A stretch of 64,000 nt of DNA from the NCBI GenBank assembly GCA_943704425.1, contig CALSCP010002497.1, positions 85,626 through 149,625 on the forward strand, written 5' to 3'. A program made the position numbers and the translations under genes. This DNA is from Ministeria vibrans ATCC 50519. Lineage: Eukaryota > Protista > Filasterea. Below, piece by piece: positions 18,469-31,897 of this stretch. Positions within the stretch are counted from its first letter, which is position 1; every line of letters begins with the position of its first letter. A model generated the notes under the pieces. It ran no database searches. It was not told the origin of the DNA and saw nothing but the letters and a program-made list of their open reading frames with translations.

Positions 18469-21400
18469 TCACAAGCGAGTATCAGGATCGGCAGTGACAA
18501 GCGGCGTCAGTTCCTTAACGGCCTCGCTGAGACTATGCAGTCGCTCGTGCACGTCCACAGCACTGTGCTGCAGCGACAATGCGCGCTGCACAGGAAACAC
18601 CACTGCGTCGCGCTCCTCAACCATCTGCATTGTCAACACCAGGTCAGTTTGTGTGAATCGCATTCCACCTTCGTATTGTGTTACCTTCTCATAGAGATAC
18701 GACTCGTAAAACGTAAACGTCGTCCTATCTTTGACATGAAGATACTACACGAGTATTAAAAAGTCAGCAATATTACCTCTGCCATTTTCCATTTTCTCAC
18801 CTGAATGAGATAGTAGTAGTGCCACATGTTGTGCTCCTTCTTGCGGTGCTGGCGGAACCCATCGCTGACGCCCGGTCGCTCAAACTCGTGTCCCGCAATG
18901 CTGCAAATAAAGCACGTCCCCAGTACTTCTGCCTCAGTCTTCTCGCGTTGCGATCGCAGCGACCGAAATGTGTCAAGAATCACACCCAAAATCAAGTTAA
19001 ACCAAATAATGGTAATAAGGAAGAAAAAGAGCTATCGAGAAAAAAAAAGTGAAACAATGACAATCAGTCAAATCAATACCTACACTTTAGTTGCGACGAC
19101 GCTCGTTCTCATCGGCCTTACCATATCGAAAATGATGCGCCAGCCATAGTCTGACCAGGTAAAGTTTTCAATGTAGCCAACGACACCGCCAAAGCCGCTT
19201 TCCGTACGCAGACCCCACGAGAGACCCGACAGAAAGCACTCCGCGAGTGTCGTGCACAAAATCTCGGGCTCTTGGTCAAAGTTGAAGCGCAGCAGGCCAA
19301 AGGCAAACACGCTGAAGATATACACAATAATAATGCCCACCAGGAGAATGCCGCGCAACATACTGCCGTTGGTAGTTACACTCGAAAGCGCTCCCGAAAT
19401 GTGCGAGTTGCCCACCGCAATGTGCAGCAAGAAAAGCGGGAAGAAGTAGCCCCAAAGTGTGAAGACAGAGACAGCACTCAGACCAATGAGCGCCAGGTAG
19501 TAGTAGGAGCGGGCGCGTGTGAGCGTCCGCCAAATGCTCTCGGGTTGCCGCAAAAAGTACTCTAATGCCAACACCACTGTCACACAGAGATGAGGAATGC
19601 CCAGACCGAGCAGTACCGCGTTGTAGTAGGAAGGCAGCAGCGGCTTGAGACCCGTGGGCGCCGCCTTCCACGTCGCTAACATAAGAATGTTGACGGCCAG
19701 CGTCAGAATGAGAAAGGCCCACTTGAGGTAGTTCACGGGCGATGTGAGACGCTCAAAGATACGACCTGTGAGCGTTGCCTCGAGCGCCGCCAAATGTGTC
19801 ATCTTCTCGCGCGTCTCCTCCGCCTTTTTCAAAAAGTCGCGCACCTTGTCGGATGGTGTCGAGCGATCGACGCCCCACACGAGATCCGTGCGCACACGCT
19901 TTGGCAAGTCTTGGATGGGCGCCGGGAAATAGAGTTTCTGTAGCTGTCGATCACCGTCGACAAACTCAATGGAGGCGTGCATCATGGCAAAGAAAGGGAA
20001 GCGATCCCACTTGGGATCCCAGCGATTCACATTGTCCTGGTTCTTCAACGACGTCAGCATATTATTCACGCGGTTCAGCACGTAATTCTCATACACCAAG
20101 TGTGTGTCGTGCTCGCTTCCCTCCAACACCGTGATCCCTTGCTCCACGTTGAGTCGGAAATCGTCGCGAAACGTCTCGCGCTTCGAGTAAATCAGCGACT
20201 TGGCCTCGCGATCGTTCTTCTCCTGAATCGAGCGAATCGTCGACGCAATCGCGTCGTCGGCGTGCATGGTCGCAATCAAGCCGGCCGCCTTCGTATTCTC
20301 CGCGTCTGCCGACCCAATCACATTGGAGTTGTCCTCGACCACGTCACGCACCAAGTCAATGCCCTGCGCTCGCGCCTCATCGCGCCTCTGTTGCTCCTCA
20401 ACACGCGTAATGTACATCGAAAAGTCGTTGACCAGGCCCTCGCTTGCCATTGTCTCGTCGTACGTCGACGGGTTGATGTCGCGTAGACGCGCAAACACCT
20501 TGTAGCACTCGCTTGCGAGCATCATCTCTGACGGTACATTTTCGCCAAGAATGCCCTGTGGACCCAGATCGGTGCGACGTTGCCACATCTTAAACTTGGC
20601 AAAGTAGTAGTTGCGGTTCATGCAATCGTACAGCATCGACGCGTCCAGTGTCGACAGCACGTCCTCCGACAGTTGCACCGTAAACTCGTCGCTGTGCTCA
20701 AGAAAACTGCTCATGAGCTTCACCGCCGCCAGTTTCAGTAGCGTCAATGTGGATGCCGCACTCGTGTAGTTGTTGTAGCTCAGGGCAAAGTTGATCGAGT
20801 CCATCACGCCCGAGTCGAACACGTCACGCTGGTTCGCCTGGCAACCCTGGCAAAACTCGGTGAGTGTGTCAAACACTTGCACGGCAAGGCCCATAGCCTG
20901 GGGGTACTCGGCCGAGGGTGAGCACACGTCGTTGAGTGAGAGCACTGCCTCACGCACCAGATTGACACTGGTGGGGTTGCCCCACTGAACACGCATGTAG
21001 TTTTGCAGCGCCGTGTGGTGATCTTCACAGAGGAGCTGGAGGAAGCGCAGCAGCGACGTCATGTAGCCGGTGTCGTCAACTTGCTCGCGAATCTGCTTTC
21101 GCACATGGTACTCAAATGCCTCAGTCTGCTCGCGCGCTTCCTTGGCTGCCTTGGCAGCAGCGGCCGCAGCACGCTTAGACATGGTTGTACCCTCTACCTT
21201 GACGGCCGTCAGACGATCACGACGCGCCACGTGCTCCACCATCTCCATACGGGTGCGCATGAGGAAGTCACGACGCTCGCGCATCGCGGAAAAGGTATTC
21301 TGCATCTCTTCGCGCAGTCGTACCACAAAGGTGTCCTCGCGCGACTGGTCGAGAAACCTCTGCAACGTGTTTTGCACCTCGCTGTTGCCGCCGTCGAGCA

Positions 21401-24400
21401 GCGCGTTGAGTAGCAACAGTCCCTGTCGAATGACCTTCTCACGTGTGCTACACACCATCTTAGCGGCAATAATAGCCGCCCCGGCACGGTTCAGCTTACA
21501 CTGCATGGCGTACACACGTGCCCAACTCTCGTCCGACGCGGTGGTCGCCGACGTAATAGTGAGAAGAGGTCGTGCGCAGCGTTCGGCCTGCACCATGGCG
21601 CGCAAAATCTGCAGTGTCTTGACATCGAGAGGATCAGCTGTGCGGTCGTTGAGGTTGCGCGCCGACACGTTGAGTTGTGCCACAAGAATGTTCGCGTCCA
21701 CCACGACCTGGTCCGGCAGAGGCTCGCCGCGCGGCGCCGCCGAATCGTCGTAGCCGCCGGGTAGCTGCAAAAAGAGATGCAAGTGTGTCTGGAATTCGCC
21801 GCCGCGAGGCAACGAGTCGGCAACTTGTTCGGAGAGCACCTTGTGTGGGAAGTAGGGACATACCAGGTCGCAGTTAGGCAACTTGCGACGCAGCACCAAT
21901 TGCACAAGGCGGCGCCATTGACGGCGCAAAACGCCCCCACGCGTCGACGAGCGTCCGCCCGAGTTGTTAGCATTGATCTCGCCAATAAGCTCTGCGTCCG
22001 CCTGGTCGTCGCCTGCGTTGTCCTCGGCATTAAGCAGCCCCGACGCCGAGGCGCCCGTGGCAACAGTACGTGCATTCGCATTGACCATATCCACGACGCG
22101 GGCGCAGTGATGGAAAGCATTGTTGCGATCGTAGAGGGTCTCGCTCATGATGCGCGCACTATGGTGAACTTCGTCGTTGAGTTGGCGCTCCAGTCCCTGC
22201 GTAATGGCAGTGTAGTCGCGTCGACTATTGCCGCCCTGGTCACGCGTTGACATGCCCCGCTCAAAGCTTGCCTCCTCGGCGACAAGACCAATGGATGGAC
22301 GATGCTCGTTGTCGTTAGAGCGTCTTCGTAGACCACCGGCGCGCGGTCCACGACGTGCACCATCGTGACGCGAAGCTTTGCGCGTGAACGCTGGCTCGTC
22401 CTCGTCCGAGTCGAATCCGGTATCGTCGCGATCGCTGTCGTAGATGGCCTCGTCAAAGTTCTCTGAGCCACGCTTGCCACCATTTGGTCCGGTGGCGGCG
22501 TGTGCCGACAAGTTGCGATGAGCCGTCTGCACAATGTCCATACACTCACTCATAATTTCAAAGTCCTTGTCGTCGTCGAGCATAATCTCACGCGACACCT
22601 GCATCGTCTCGTGGGTGTCCACTTCATCCTGCAGACGGGACTTGCTCGATTTGAGGAGCACAACCAGGTCGGAGACGAGCTGATCCGGATCGTACGCAAG
22701 CTTCATCTTTTCCACCTTGCCGGGCAGAGTGGCGAGTGCAATCGAGTCGGCGGTGCTCAGAGTAGACGCGCGCGCCATCTCCATCGTGTTCCTTTCGTCA
22801 AATTCACGCGCGAGAGCGGCACGCGACAGGTCCAAGTAACGCCCATAGTAGATAGTGAGGAATGGCAGGATGGCGTCGAAGAGAAAGAGACGCACCTCGA
22901 GGGTGCGCATGTCAAGGCCATCGGTAGCAGTCTGGGAACGTGTACGTGGCAGCAGCAGGGCCGATGGTTGTGCGTAATCCTGGAGACCTGGAAGGCACAC
23001 GGCACCAATGATGCTGATGGGCGCGGGTGACGCCATGAAGCGCTTGAGCAAGGGATCGCTGCGCGATTCGCCTGTCTCAAGGTACACATTGACAAAGAAG
23101 CGCAAGTAGATGCGTTTGATGCAGGGAGGCACCTTGCTGTCAAGGAGGATGTCGGCGACCAGGTTCATGCCGAAGCCCTTCTTGCAAATACTCGTGATGT
23201 ACCGATTGTCTCCTTCGGCACACATGGTTAGAAGCTCCATGAGACGCGAGTGGAACTCGGCCTCGATTGGCAAGGCGCCCAGGTGAGAGACGGCGGGAAC
23301 GCGCAGCAGACGCTGGCGTTGTTCGCCGTATTCAAGGCCCTCATCGCGCAAGAGCAAAGAGAGAAGCTGTTCGTGACGCGTAAACAATTGCATGACGAGG
23401 TTTTGATTGCGCGGAATGGGTGTGCCGTTGACGGTGACGACGGCGGTGAAGCACTCGAGAAAAGAGGTCGCAAGCGTGGCAACCGTCTGGGCGTCATCGC
23501 CAACCGTCACGCTGCGGTTGATGTGGAAGCGGAAGAGGATCGCAATGAAGCTCTGGAGCTGCTCGTAGCGCACCTGCAAACACAGACTGGTGTTGTTACG
23601 GAAGATTTCGCGAACGGTAGCACCGAGGCTGTTGACAAGCTCGTGAGTGTGACCTGCGGGACAACTCTCGCGCGAGAGCAGCATGTCGAGGTGCTCGTAG
23701 AGGCGGAGCTGGTTGCCTTCATTGTTCTGGCAAATAATTTGCAGGACGGAAAAGCAACTCTTGTAGGCGTCGCGGATCGCCTTGATGTGATGGAGGTCGT
23801 CAACATCGACGGCTTTGCTGAGAATCGAGAGAATGTCGAGGTACACATGGCCATTCATGAGGGCGTCCTGGCAGGCTGGCAACGGATAACCCTTGTGCAT
23901 GGTAAGCTGAATCATTTGCTTGAGGACCTTGTTGAGTTCGTGTGCTTCACGCTCGTTCATTTGCGTGGAGACAAGCTGGCGCAACGTGGCGCGCGTCTCA
24001 AAGATGTAACGCGTGAGAGCACGCGTCGCGGGTACCACGACAAGTTGAACCTCGCCAACGGAGGAAAAGAGGGTGGCAAGGCGGTCGCAGTGGCGGCGCA
24101 GCACATCGAGCGAGAGCACGGTTAGGTTGCCATTGTTGCGTGCCTTGGACGTGTTCACGAGCACCTCCATGATGTCGGGGATGCGAAACTCATCGGAACA
24201 GAAGCCGAGGTACTCGGTAAAGTCGTGGAGACCCTTGCTCGCTTGAAGGAGGTAAACGACGGCGTCGTGGGAATGACGCAGCTTGTCGTGTGACAGGCGC
24301 AACGCCTTGAGCAGCGATACGGGCATGGCCATGCTGCCATCACCCTTCTTCTCGGCCATGCACGCCTCGGCGCCCGACTCGAGCAGCGCCTTGTTTAGGT

Positions 24401-27400
24401 CAGCGTACAGACCGTTGAGCTTGTCGGGTGCGGCGGCGTAGAGACGTTTGAAGTCGCGAATATACTTCATTAGAGTGACGCGACGCTGATAGGCAATGAG
24501 AAGTTCGACAATGCAGAGCGCCTGGTACTTGACATCCGCACGCGACTGGAGCGTAATGGAGTTGCGGGCCTGAAGCTCCTCCTGACGCGCCATCTCGGCC
24601 TGATGCTCACGCTTGTTGACCGGAATGAAGACAGAGAAGATGGTGCTGACAAGCTCTTTGAGAGGCTTCCAGTTGGAGCGACCGCCGGCGACGGATGCGT
24701 CTTGCTTGCCGTCGGCAAGCGGCGACGACGACCACACGTAGTAGTAGCCGAGGCGAACAAAGGTGCGAATGACGTCGAGGACGGCAAAGACAAACATGAA
24801 CTGATCGGGCGTGTCACGCTTCTCGATTTGCTCCTGCTTGAGTTCCTTGTAGTACTTGGCAAAGACACCACAGAAGAAGTTGTGGACGGGCAAGAAGAAG
24901 CGACAGCGCACGCCGGTAATGGAGTAGTTGCATTCGAGCTTTTTGACTTCGCTTTCGGGAATCTTGGTGTGGTTCTCGAGGCGACTGAACTGGGGCACGC
25001 GCGAAGGATACTCGTCGATGTCCCAGTCATAGAGGAGACGCGGGCGATTCACGTCAAATTCGGGGTAGTTAGAGCCGACGTCAATTTCGAGGACAACCAG
25101 CAGCTTGACAACCATGGCACGCATCGAGTCGGGGATGCCGTCGTCGGGTGCGTCCTGGTGCATCATCCACATGATGCGTTGCCAGTTAACATAGCGGGTG
25201 CGCACGACGTGGATAGCACGTTCGTGACGACCGCGGCAAATGGCCTCAAACAACTTAAGTTCATAGGTGAAGTACTGAATCTGGGCGATGAGCGAGTCGC
25301 GCTCGACGCCTGGCATGTGGGGATCACTGAAGCCGGCCGCACCTTGTGCCAGAGTGGTGAGAGGTGTACCAGAGGCGACAAAGCCGGGTGCCTCAGGATT
25401 GAGAACGAGGCTCATGGCGCCCTGGTCGTTAGACTCAATCTCGTAGATGAGACGGGCGTCCGCGTCGGTAATGCTGTAGCCATCCGAAAGAGCTGACCCA
25501 AACAGACGTTCCGTGACAATGGTCTGGCCGTGGCGCACAGCGAGGTCGTCGCACACGCAAAAAGCCGTGAGTACTTCCAAAAAGTGATAGTCGGCCTACG
25601 CATATTTTTTTAATAATAGTCATCATAATAATTATAATTTACTTCCGGGAAACAAAACAAAAATACGTCATAAATATTATTAGTTCAAAAAAAAGTAGAG
25701 AAGAATTGTGAATAATAATAATAATAAAAATAATAATAATAGTAATAATAATAATAATTATTATTATTATTGTTCTTTGTGTGTTTCAGTGTGTACCTTT
25801 CCCTCACGCAAATGACGACGCTGAATGAAGAAAAAAAGGTCGAGAGAGCCGTTTTCAATGAGCAAATCAAGAACACGGCGGTTGTCGAGGACGAGTTCCT
25901 TGAGAACGGCGAGGGCGAAGTCGACCTTCATAAAGTAGATTTGGAGGTTGAGGACGGCGAGTGAGCGAGAGGAGGAGGAGATGAAGAGTTTGTTTCCCAT
26001 GTTGTTGGCGCGCACTGCGTCGTAGAGTGTCTCGAGGATGGTGATCCAGAGGGGCTTGAAGGCGGCCGGATCTGCGGGCGCAATAGGGTTGGTGGTGTTG
26101 TCGTTTTCGAAGAACATGTAGTCACTGTGGGCCCAAGTGGCAATGACCTTGTCGCTGGAGTAGGCGCCCGTGCCATCGCTCTTGCCCTGGAGGTTGAGAC
26201 GCTCGATTTCGTCGACGTTGATGTTGAAGGGCGCGTGCATGACCGCGAGAAAGAAGTCGATGACGCCTAGGTGACGCATGAGGTCCTGACGCAGCGGGTT
26301 GGGCGGCGCGAGATTCTCGACGACGTCACTCGAGGACTCGGCGGAGCCAAGTGACGTGAGCATCATGAGTTCGGACACGGACATCTGGGAACTGGTGCCG
26401 TTCTCGTCGTCGATGAGGAATTCTCGGATGAGGCCGAGTGCCTGCGTGAGTTTCGCGTGTTCCCGAAGGGCACGGTGCGCGCGATACTTGTTGGTAGAGA
26501 TGGAGCGAATGGCTTCGGGCGTCGAATGATCGCGCGCGTAGGCTTGAAACATAGGGAGGACACCGAGGATGAAGTTGACGGAGAGGAGTTCCTTATCGGC
26601 GACGCGCGATACATTAAACACGTCCATGTACATCATTTGATCGCGCACGCCTACGTCGGCAAAGGTGGAGTCCTCGTGGGCAATGCGAGGGCGGCCGGCC
26701 GTGATGTGGTCGTGACTGTCCGACTCAACGCTAGCGTGTACAAATGAGCCGGAGTGGACGTGCTGGAGACGAAAATCGGAGCCCTCGAGTGTGTTGGGTG
26801 TCAGCTGGGCAACGGGTCGGAAGCAGAAGACGGTTTCGCGACAGGCAGCGACGTCACTTGGGTCGGGTCGAGGTGCGAGAGTAAGGCGATTGTTGTGGAG
26901 GGCCAGAAAGAGGCCCGTCTGGATGTGACGCATGCGCACAGGAGCGAGCCATTGGAGGTTTTCGCCGCTGAAGGAGTGATCGTCAAAGACGACCTGCCAG
27001 TAGGCGAGTGCATTATAAAACCCTTGACGGGAACTTTCGGTCGACGCCTTGTTAGGACGCTGGAGGTAGACGAGAGGCTCGTTGGCCGTGCTCACGGACG
27101 ATGGCAACTTCTTGCCGTGAATCATGTTGAGGGAGGGACCGTCGGCGCCCAGGAAGCCCTCGAGGTCTTTGTGAAAAAACCGAAGGACGTCGCCTCCCTT
27201 GATGATGCCCTCCTTACCAAAGACAGCGTCGTGACGGTCAAAGGTGCGATGAAGCGTGACGGTAAAGGTGTAGGGACGTGCACTGAAGTTGATTTCGTAG
27301 ACGTCGCCGGTGCCAGTAGACAAAAGACCACCACCACCACCACTGCTGCTGATGCTGCTGCTCCCGCCGCCCCCACCACCACCACCACTACCGCGTCCAA

Positions 27401-29433
27401 GCGGCTGAAGCGAAGAGAGGGTCCGGTTAAGCGCCAATTGCTGCACAGTAGAGCGAACACCAGGACCTACCTGTGATCTGACAGGGACAATTCTGTCCTC
27501 CGTAAGGTCGAGTTCGAGTGGCGCGGCGGCGTTGGCCTCGTCATTGATGTGTCCGGTGCTGGTGGCTGAATGGGCGGCATTGTCAGCGCTCATGTCATCG
27601 CTTCTCGAGTTAGTCTTAAAGGGAAACGCCGAGCGATGGAGGTACTGCGAGTTGCCGGCGCGAACAATTTCAACGAGGATGTGGTCACCGACGCGGACGA
27701 CCTCACCGACGGCGCGGACCTTGTAACGAGGCATGAAGCGGAAGATGCAGGAGGCATCGGACTCGGCGAGAAGGTTGGCGCGACGGTTGTTGTACTCGAG
27801 CTGTGAAGTGATGTGATTGTGGGCCGAGAGGAATTTGCCACTGAAGAGATGACGCAGTTGTATGGGCTCGCCGTAGATGACGGCCGAGCCACGCAGACGG
27901 GCAAGTTCGAATTCGTTGTCACGAGCATCCTGGCTGGCCGTAGACTCGAGCGAGACGTACTCTTGGCGCATCAGATCCACCTGTTCGGTTAGATTAGCGT
28001 GGCGCTCCTTCACGTGCCCGAGCTCCTCGCGAAGTCGTGAGATCGCTTCGTGCAGGTCCTCGAGTTTGCGCGGGTCGTCGTCCGACTTGACGCTCTGACG
28101 TCGACGAAATGCCGCGTGCCCTTGGTGTTGACGGTGATAGAGAGTCTTTTGCGATTCCTCGAGCTCCTTCGTGACAACCAACATTTGCTCTTTGACCGCC
28201 TACGTTTGCAGTATGTTATCCTTACTATTATAAATATTTTTTTCTTTGCTTTGTTTTGTAGTATGTACGTTGAATTCCTTGATTTTGGCAAGAAGCTGAG
28301 CATACATCTTCTTGGTGGCGAGTCGACGTTTGTACTTTTGAGGAACGACAATCTCAAACGAGACACCTACCAAAAGACGTGATGTTTCAACATACTCACG
28401 TTTCGATTGTGTGTGTGTTTTCGTACTGTAAACATCGCTGACGGCTGGGTTTCGACGCGCTTCGGCATCGGAGGCTCCGCGGTCGGTTCGGACAAACAGG
28501 CGATTCTCGATAGAACTAAAATAAAATTATTGGGTTGACGTGGGTTGATGTGGGTTGATTTTGTGACAAGACGTGAAGAAGAAATTATTAAAAATTATTA
28601 AAAAAAATGGCTTTAAATATTATTATTATCATTATTATTGTCATTATTATTATCAGTGTTATTATGTTTCTATTATTATTATAATAACGACGTCTGATTA
28701 TTATTATTATTGTTATTGATAAGTTCCTGTGTTGTGTTTGTGATTCATCATGAGCAGGAATTGATCTTTAAAGATGGATTGATATAGAGAGTAAAGAAGG
28801 ACACTGGATCTGAGCGGGAGAGACAGAGCGCGGGGCTGGTTGGAGTGCAGTGCGCAAGACAACAAAAGGAAAAAGAGAGAAGAAAAGAATATTATGACGC
28901 AGTAGACGTATACTGTGGGTGTTGCTGGAGAATCGGAACAGGGGAGGGAATATGGAGGCGAGGGAGCACCTTGAGAAGAGTGGGAGCAAAAGAATGCGTC
29001 AGGCAGAGAAGGAATCGCAGTGAATTTGGAGTGGAGAGCGAAGTGGGCAAAAAAAAATACAAAAAGATACGTTTGACGGGTTTGTACGACGAACGGGAGC
29101 GAAAGGAACAGATCCAGGTGCTCAAATGATGCAACGCAGCTGCATATGTCCGCCAAGGGGCAAAGGAGAGCCGCTAGACAGCAGGCGGGGCGAAGAGCGC
29201 GCGAGAAGCGAGACCACCAAAAAAAAAAAAAGAATCCAAAAAAAGCCCACTTACTCTGTGCTTTGAACATACGCACCCACTTCGCCTTGGCCCTGTTCCG
29301 AAAACAGTGCAATGCAGTCGCCAATGTGCAACTCTTGGCCCTGCGTGTGGAGAGAAGGGTTTCAGTGTTTGAGACAGTGACAAAAAAAAAAAGATAAGAA
29401 AAAAAAACTCCCCCGTACGGAAAGGTCGACCAT
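18469..29433 (-). CDS. ITPR: Inositol 1,4,5-trisphosphate receptor-like Ca2+ release channel (~3,200 aa), about 9 exons including 6.5-kb and 2.4-kb exons
   Basis: N-terminus MVDLS|GQELHIGDCIALF, YGEPIQLRHLFSGKFL, MIR and RIH regions, RFLQLLCEDH, TLTEFCQG, six-TM pore, NLILGVILDTF and CFIC...H...EHNMWHY zinc site. Confidence 0.95.
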
Positions 29434-29609
29434 GAGGGGCAGGAGGCGAGAGTGGAGAGAGAGTTTCACTTGAGAAGAATAAGAAAATTGTGCTGACTAG
29501 TTTTTTTAAAAATGATAATAATATTTTTGTTATTATATTCCAAGCGATCTTCAAGCGTTCACGCCAGTGACGGAATGACCCCACACTGTTTCATTGTTTG
29601 TGAACGAAA

Positions 29610-30156
29610 ATGCGATTGGTGACCTTTTCGACGATGGGAAACACGGCTCACCGTGTTGGCGTAGAGCTTGGCGAGGGAGGCGATGTGGTTGATTTTTCGA
29701 GTTTAACGATGCGAGCGTTTCTGGAGAGCGGCGCTGAAGGAACGAGTGCGGCGCAGGCAGCGTTGAGCGAGGCCAAAGCGAGTGGGAAAGGGGTGGTGAA
29801 ACGAGCAGATGCGACGCTGCATGCGCCCGTAGAGTCGTGCGACAAAGTGGTGTGTATTGGCATGAACTACCACGACCACTGCACCGAACAGAACATGCCG
29901 GTGCCCACCGAGCCGCTGCTGTTCAACAAGGTGAGTGGCGCGGGCGTGGGGTTGACGCCCGCCTTCCTGCTGATCTCTGCGTAGTTTCCTTCGAGCATCT
30001 GTGCCAACGGAGACAATGTTGTTCTGCCCAAGTGCGTTGAGGTTTGCTTGCGCTGGCCCTCGTTGCCTTTCTCATCTGTCTATCTTTTGTATATAGAAAC
30101 TTGATTTTGAAGTGGAGTTGGTGATTGTGATTGGAAAACGCTGCAAGAATGTCTCG
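29610..30156 (+). CDS. FAHD2: Fumarylacetoacetate hydrolase domain protein 2, 5' part only (3 exons); 3' half absent
   Basis: KVVCIGMNYHDHCTEQ, PTEPLLFNK|FPSSI and LDFEVELVIVIGK; no NDVSARD or GKTFD exons are seen downstream. Confidence 0.88.
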
Positions 30157-30262
30157 GTATGAATTGATGTTTCGTTTGTTTGTTTCACCCTCGTTTTTAC
30201 CTGTCTGTTTGTATCTCCTCTCTCACTTTGCTTTGTTCTTTTCTCTCACTTTAATTCTTTAC

Positions 30263-30266
<4 letters not shown>

Positions 30267-30350
<84 letters not shown>
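30267..30350. repeat. (CT)n tract at the FAHD2/ELP3 junction
   Basis: Directly visible, ~84 bp. Confidence 0.95.
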
Positions 30351-30354
<4 letters not shown>

Positions 30355-30368
30355 TCTCTTTGTCACAG

Positions 30369-31288
30369 TGTCCTTGTGGATTTGGTTGCGCGCATTCTGA
30401 GCCTGGTTCCGCCATGGACACGCGTCTACCGAGTGCAGCGTGACATTCCCATGCCCCTCGTGTCTAGTGGCGTCGAGTCTGGCAATCTCCGTGAGCTGGC
30501 TCTTGCGCGCATGAAGGATCTGGGTATCACATGTCGCGACGTGCGCACTCGCGAAGTCGGAATTCAGGTTACACACTTATTGATTATTTCTTGTGTTTAC
30601 TCATCATACTTTCATACTACTCGAATTTCGCTCGAACAGGAAATCCACAATCGCGTGCGACCCTATGCGATTGAGCTGATCCGACGCGACTACACTGCCA
30701 ACGGCGGATGGGAGACATTCCTGTCGTACGAGGATCCTCACCAGGACATTCTTGTGGCTCTTCTCCGTCTCAGACGATGCTCTCCCGAAACCTTCCGTGC
30801 AGAGCTTAAAATGGGTAAGACAGAGAGAAAATACGTTGCGTATGCATCTTTTTTTTTTGTTTTGTTTTCGTCTTTTTTTTTTACTCTTCCGTCTTCCAGC
30901 ATCATCTGCGCCTCCGCCCGCCAAGCCGCTGTTGGGTCGCCTTCCCTCTGCTTCCTCTCCAGCCTCTCTTCCCCGCTGCTCCGTCGTCCGCGAACTCCAT
31001 GTCTATGGCTCTGTTGTGCCGGTTCACGCGCGCGACCCAACCAAGTTTCAGCATCAGGTACTGTCGACGGAAGACAATCTCCACGACCCTATCTTTTGTA
31101 TGTAGCCATTGAATCATTGTCTTTTCTTCTAGGGATTCGGTACGCTTCTCATGGACATGGCTGAGAAAATCGCGCGCGAGGAGCACGGCTCTGTGAAAAT
31201 GGCCGTCATTTCGGGAGTCGGGACGCGCGACTACTATCGCCGACTAGGCTATTCGCTCGACGGACCCTACATGTGCAAATCATTGTAA
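30369..31288 (+). CDS. ELP3: Elongator acetyltransferase ELP3, 3' part only (4 exons); N-terminal radical-SAM part absent
   Basis: [93 protein letters not shown]. Confidence 0.93.
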
Positions 31289-31509
31289 TTACACCCCGCT
31301 TTTTCCCTCACCCATTCTTGATTTTTGCGTGACATTGAAAAAAATAATTACTCACTCCCAAAAAGTCGTTGACTATTTACTAGTTCATCACTAATTTATT
31401 CATTCAGCCTTCTTCGATTCACCCGTGCGTGTGTCGTACTGCTGCTTGTAGACTCGCGCCCGCCCCTGCTCCTCCGCCCCGTGGCCCTGCCCGCTCCCGC
31501 CCGCCTCGG

Positions 31510-31801
31510 ATGCTTGCGTTCGACACCAGACCCTTCCCCGCTCCCGCCGACCTCCCCGACGTTCCCAATGCTGCTCTGTAAGTCCCCATTCTCTATAAAT
31601 CCCTGCTACACACCGGCTGCAGCCACCGCGGAGCCCGTCCCCTCCGTCTGCAGTTGACGCGCGTTATTGTGAAATGAATTCTCGTGATTTCCTTTGATCT
31701 CTCCTTGCTCACCCTCACTCGTCTAGACGCACGCGAACGCTTGTCCAGAGACTTGTGGCCCATCGCGGAGAGTCGGTGCACTCTTTGTTCCAGTGGGGAC
31801 G
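31510..31801 (+). CDS. Two orphan 5' exons of an unidentified gene (31510-31577, 31727-31801)
   Basis: ATG 31510, donor GTAAGT 31578, pyrimidine tract with TAG 31726, donor GTACG 31802; in-frame product MLAFDTRPFPAPADLPDVPNAAL-RTRTLVQRLVAHRGESVHSLFQWG. Confidence 0.4.
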
Positions 31802-31897
31802 GTACGAATCGTGCGTTTTCGCCAATGCGTGATACATCCCGTGAATTTTGGTCAACCTCACAAAAAAAAAAAAAAAAAAAAAAAAAAAACCGTAAAC

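Noticed and set aside
28530-28560. TGGGTTGA(C/T)G x3 as a telomeric or G4 element
   Set aside because: Only three units and three G-runs, intronic; too short to support a claim.
29610-31288. Genuine FAHD2-ELP3 fusion protein
   Set aside because: The donor is phase 0 and the acceptor phase 2, so splicing would frameshift.
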